A DNA stretch of 64,000 nt from Clostridiales bacterium GWD2_32_19 (GTDB lineage: Bacteria > Bacillota > Clostridia > Lachnospirales > UBA12420), in NCBI GenBank assembly GCA_001795385.1, contig MGOU01000021.1:78149-142148 (forward strand), in the 5' to 3' direction. Shown here one piece after another: positions 61,304 through 64,000 of the stretch; position 1 is the first letter of the stretch, and the number at the start of each line of letters is the position of its first letter. The notes beneath the pieces were generated by a model. The model made no database searches and was not told the DNA's origin. It saw nothing but the letters and a program-made list of their open reading frames with translations. The translations under genes were made by a program, and so were the position numbers.

Positions 61304-61456
61304 CTCCCCGCGGCAAGCCGACGGGGTATCATGTTGTCATTGCGAGCGTTTTTTGCGAAGCAATCTTATCTTTCAAAAACGAGATTGCTTCGCAAAAAAC
61401 GCTCGCAATGACAAGAACGCGGCAAGCCGACGGGGAATTAAACCCAAAGAGATTAA
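61304..61456 (+). mobile_element. Nested palindromic non-autonomous element, copy 3 (variant core)
   Basis: 18-bp direct repeat CGCGGCAAGCCGACGGGG at 61309 and 61418, 33-bp perfect inner inverted repeat (61334-61366/61382-61414) and end GAGATTAA. Confidence 0.75.
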
Positions 61457-61467
61457 TTTTTATGCTT

Positions 61468-62742
61468 CTATATTATCTTCATATTATCAATCGCAATTAA
61501 AGTTCCTATCTTTGCATGACTATATGTAAGTCCACCTTGCAGATAAACCGTATACGGAGGCCTTATCGGTGCATCTGCGCTGAGTTCTATTGACGAGCCT
61601 TGGACAAATGTGCCAGCAGCCATTATAACTTGATCATCGTAGCCTGGCATATCCCACGGTTGTGGAATTGCGTGGCTATCTATTGGTGAAGCTTTTTGTA
61701 TTCCTTGACAAAATTTTATAACATTTTCTGGAGTTCTCATATTCAATTGCTGTACTATATCTGTTCTATTATCATTTGCTTTTGGACTTACTTCAAATTC
61801 TAACTTTTCCATTATAGCTGCCGAAAATATAGCTCCTTTTAAGCTAGCTGAAACCGTTTGCGGTGCTAGAAACAAGCCTTGTAGAAAATTTCGATTAAGA
61901 CCTAAGCTCGCACCTACTTCTTTACCTAGTCCAGGGCAAGTAAGTTTATATGAAGCATTATCTATATATTCAGTTTTACCCACTATATATCCACCAATTG
62001 GTGCAATACCACCACCTGGATTTTTTATAAGCGAGCCCACAACCATATCTGCTCCAACTTCTGACGGCTCAATGTATTCTACAAATTCACCATAACAGTT
62101 ATCTACTAAAATAGTCACATCTCCTTTTATCCCTCGTATATATTTTATTAAATTTTCTATTTCTTTAACACTAAATGATGCTCGAGTGCTATATCCTCTC
62201 GAACGCTGGATTTCTATCAGTTTTGTTTTTGTATTTATTGCTTTTTTTATATTTTCATAATCAAAACCGTGATCAGGTAACAAATCTACTTGTCTATAAG
62301 TTACACCATATTCTATTAGAGACCCTCTTGCACCATTAGTACCAATAACAGAAGCTAGAGTATCATAAGGCTTACCCACAGGACATAACATTTCATCACC
62401 CGGTTTTAGGTTAGCAGATAGTGCAACTGATAGTGCATGTGTGCCACAAACCATTTGTGAACGTACAAGTGCTGATTCAGTCTTAAATACATCAGCATAT
62501 ACGCTTTCAACGATATCACGTCCTGCATCATTATATCCATATCCTGTAGTACTTCCAAAATGCATTTCGCTTACTTTATTTTGCTGAAATGCCTTTAGTA
62601 CCTTGTATTGATTATATTCTGCAATCTTATCAATTTCCATAAACTTATTATGTAACTTGTTTTCAATATCATATGCTATATCTATTAATTTTTTACTGAT
62701 ATTAAATTCTTTTAGTAATATTTCATCGATCAGTTTCCTCAT
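61468..62742 (-). CDS. Methionine gamma-lyase family / aluminium-resistance protein (YnbB-like)
   Basis: STTGYGYND, IQRSRGY, VDNCYGEF, GSLIKNPGGG and QGSSIELSAD. Confidence 0.9.
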   Translation of the reverse strand: MRKLIDEILLKEFNISKKLIDIAYDIENKLHNKFMEIDKIAEYNQYKVLKAFQQNKVSEMHFGSTTGYGYNDAGRDIVESVYADVFKTESALVRSQMVCGTHALSVALSANLKPGDEMLCPVGKPYDTLASVIGTNGARGSLIEYGVTYRQVDLLPDHGFDYENIKKAINTKTKLIEIQRSRGYSTRASFSVKEIENLIKYIRGIKGDVTILVDNCYGEFVEYIEPSEVGADMVVGSLIKNPGGGIAPIGGYIVGKTEYIDNASYKLTCPGLGKEVGASLGLNRNFLQGLFLAPQTVSASLKGAIFSAAIMEKLEFEVSPKANDNRTDIVQQLNMRTPENVIKFCQGIQKASPIDSHAIPQPWDMPGYDDQVIMAAGTFVQGSSIELSADAPIRPPYTVYLQGGLTYSHAKIGTLIAIDNMKII

Positions 62743-62748
62743 ACATCG

Positions 62749-63678
62749 TCACATCCTCTTAAGCATTTCATTCATTATTTTATCTGTATTAAATCCTAAC
62801 TTATCTACATCTATCCAAATAGCATTTGTTTGATGTTTGTACCAAGTAAGCTGCCTTTTTGCAAAGTTTCTCGTATTTTGTTTTATTGATGTAATCATAG
62901 TTTCTAATGATATATTTCCCTTTATATACTCGACAACCTCTTTATAGCCTATTCCTTGCATTGACATTAAATTTCCATTGTAGCCCATATCTATAAGCAT
63001 TTTTACTTCATCAATAAGTCCATTATTGATCATTATATCAACTCTTCTATTTATTCTATCATAAAGTAATTCTCTATCCATATTTAAAACAAAATATTTT
63101 GTGTTATATATATCAACTTTTGCTTTCTCTTTTTCATTATGTAGGGATATAGGTTGTCCTGTTACTTTATAATATTCTATGGCTCGTATAACCCTTCTTA
63201 CATTATTAGGATGAATGTTTTTTGCAGAAACTTCATCTATTTGTTTTAGAATATCATGTACATATTCGTTCCCCTGCGTCTTTGCTTCATTTTCTAACTC
63301 TCTACGAAGCTCATTGTCAGACTCCATTTCTACAAATTCAACATCCTTTATTACACTTTGTACATAGAAGCCAGTGCCACCAACTATTATAGGCGTTTTA
63401 CCCTTAGCATAAATCTTTTCTATATAAAACTCAGCTTTTTCTTTAAAAATTGCTATATTAAATTCCTCATTCGGTGTTATCTCATCAATAAGATAATGAG
63501 TAACACCTTTCATTTCTTCTTTTGATACCTTTGCACTACCTATATTCATGTGCATATAGACTTGAATACTGTCAGCTGATATTATTTCACCACTTATTTG
63601 TTTAGCCAATTCTACTGACACATCAGTCTTCCCACTTGCAGTGGGTCCACCAATTACAATCAAATCTCTTTTGCACAT
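62749..63678 (-). CDS. miaA: tRNA dimethylallyltransferase
   Basis: GPTASGKT, ADSIQVY, VGGTGFY and TRNFAKRQLTW. Confidence 0.97.
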   Translation of the reverse strand: MCKRDLIVIGGPTASGKTDVSVELAKQISGEIISADSIQVYMHMNIGSAKVSKEEMKGVTHYLIDEITPNEEFNIAIFKEKAEFYIEKIYAKGKTPIIVGGTGFYVQSVIKDVEFVEMESDNELRRELENEAKTQGNEYVHDILKQIDEVSAKNIHPNNVRRVIRAIEYYKVTGQPISLHNEKEKAKVDIYNTKYFVLNMDRELLYDRINRRVDIMINNGLIDEVKMLIDMGYNGNLMSMQGIGYKEVVEYIKGNISLETMITSIKQNTRNFAKRQLTWYKHQTNAIWIDVDKLGFNTDKIMNEMLKRM

Positions 63679-63695
63679 AATATATCACACCCTTT

Positions 63696-63998
63696 TTATT
63701 TTTCAGACTGTCCATAAACCCTTGATGCTTTATGAAAGAGATCCTCATCTAATTCTCCTATATATGTTTCTTCTTTACTACCTTCTTGTTTTTTAAATAG
63801 AATACTTTTAATTCTATTTATATCATATCCTACTGCTCCTTCTACTATTTCTTTTTTGTCAATAACTACTTGGGTATTTTCTGGATTTTCACTTACTAAA
63901 CTGACTTCTTGTGTATCGCTTACTAAACATTCTTCTTGTGGAAAAACATCCCTTGCTTCGGAAATACATTCTTCCATTTCCCTTTCTGCTTCACTCAT
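63696..63998 (-). CDS. Acidic hypothetical protein, possibly truncated at the window edge
   Basis: Open frame running to the edge of the window, ending 17 bp before miaA; no MutL C-terminal motif. Confidence 0.45.
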   Translation of the reverse strand: MSEAEREMEECISEARDVFPQEECLVSDTQEVSLVSENPENTQVVIDKKEIVEGAVGYDINRIKSILFKKQEGSKEETYIGELDEDLFHKASRVYGQSEK

Positions 63999-64000
63999 AA

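Noticed and set aside
1-64000. CRISPR arrays, tRNA/rRNA genes, prophage or defence islands
   Set aside because: By eye I found no regularly spaced repeat-spacer units, tRNA T-loop signatures or phage/defence genes; a tRNAscan, CRISPR or DefenseFinder run would confirm.

Overview
A 64-kb stretch of AT-rich core chromosome from a spore-forming, probably motile anaerobic Clostridia-class firmicute (gene styles resemble Lachnospirales-type organisms; this is inferred, not tested). I found no prophage, transposase gene, CRISPR array, rRNA or tRNA. Genes up to 7.3 kb are on the + strand and almost all later genes are on the - strand. Contents: CoA-activase operon, SH3b-NlpC/P60 hydrolase, hemW, a tandem GGDEF protein, ndk, nrdR-nrdD-nrdG, a Phe T-box-controlled pheS-DAHP synthase-pheT operon, flgBC-fliEFGH running directly into mscS-ftsQ-ftsZ, dprA-topA, pyrG, an ABC importer, spoIIIAF-AG-AH, cmk/cheR, glgB, split transketolase, spoIID-spoIIQ, a XerC-like recombinase and miaA. 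The most notable observations are: (1) three copies of a nested palindromic element with IS200/IS605-like ends and no transposase; (2) flagellar and SpoIIIA operons cut so that only ring/rod genes remain together, plus a SpoIIIAG missing its usual insertion; (3) an unassigned multi-stem RNA candidate upstream of spoIIIAF; (4) four NrdR boxes in two pairs split by a terminator; (5) a helically phased ATACCAC array; (6) two lipoproteins with near-identical signal-peptide DNA but unrelated bodies; (7) several probable pseudoenzymes.
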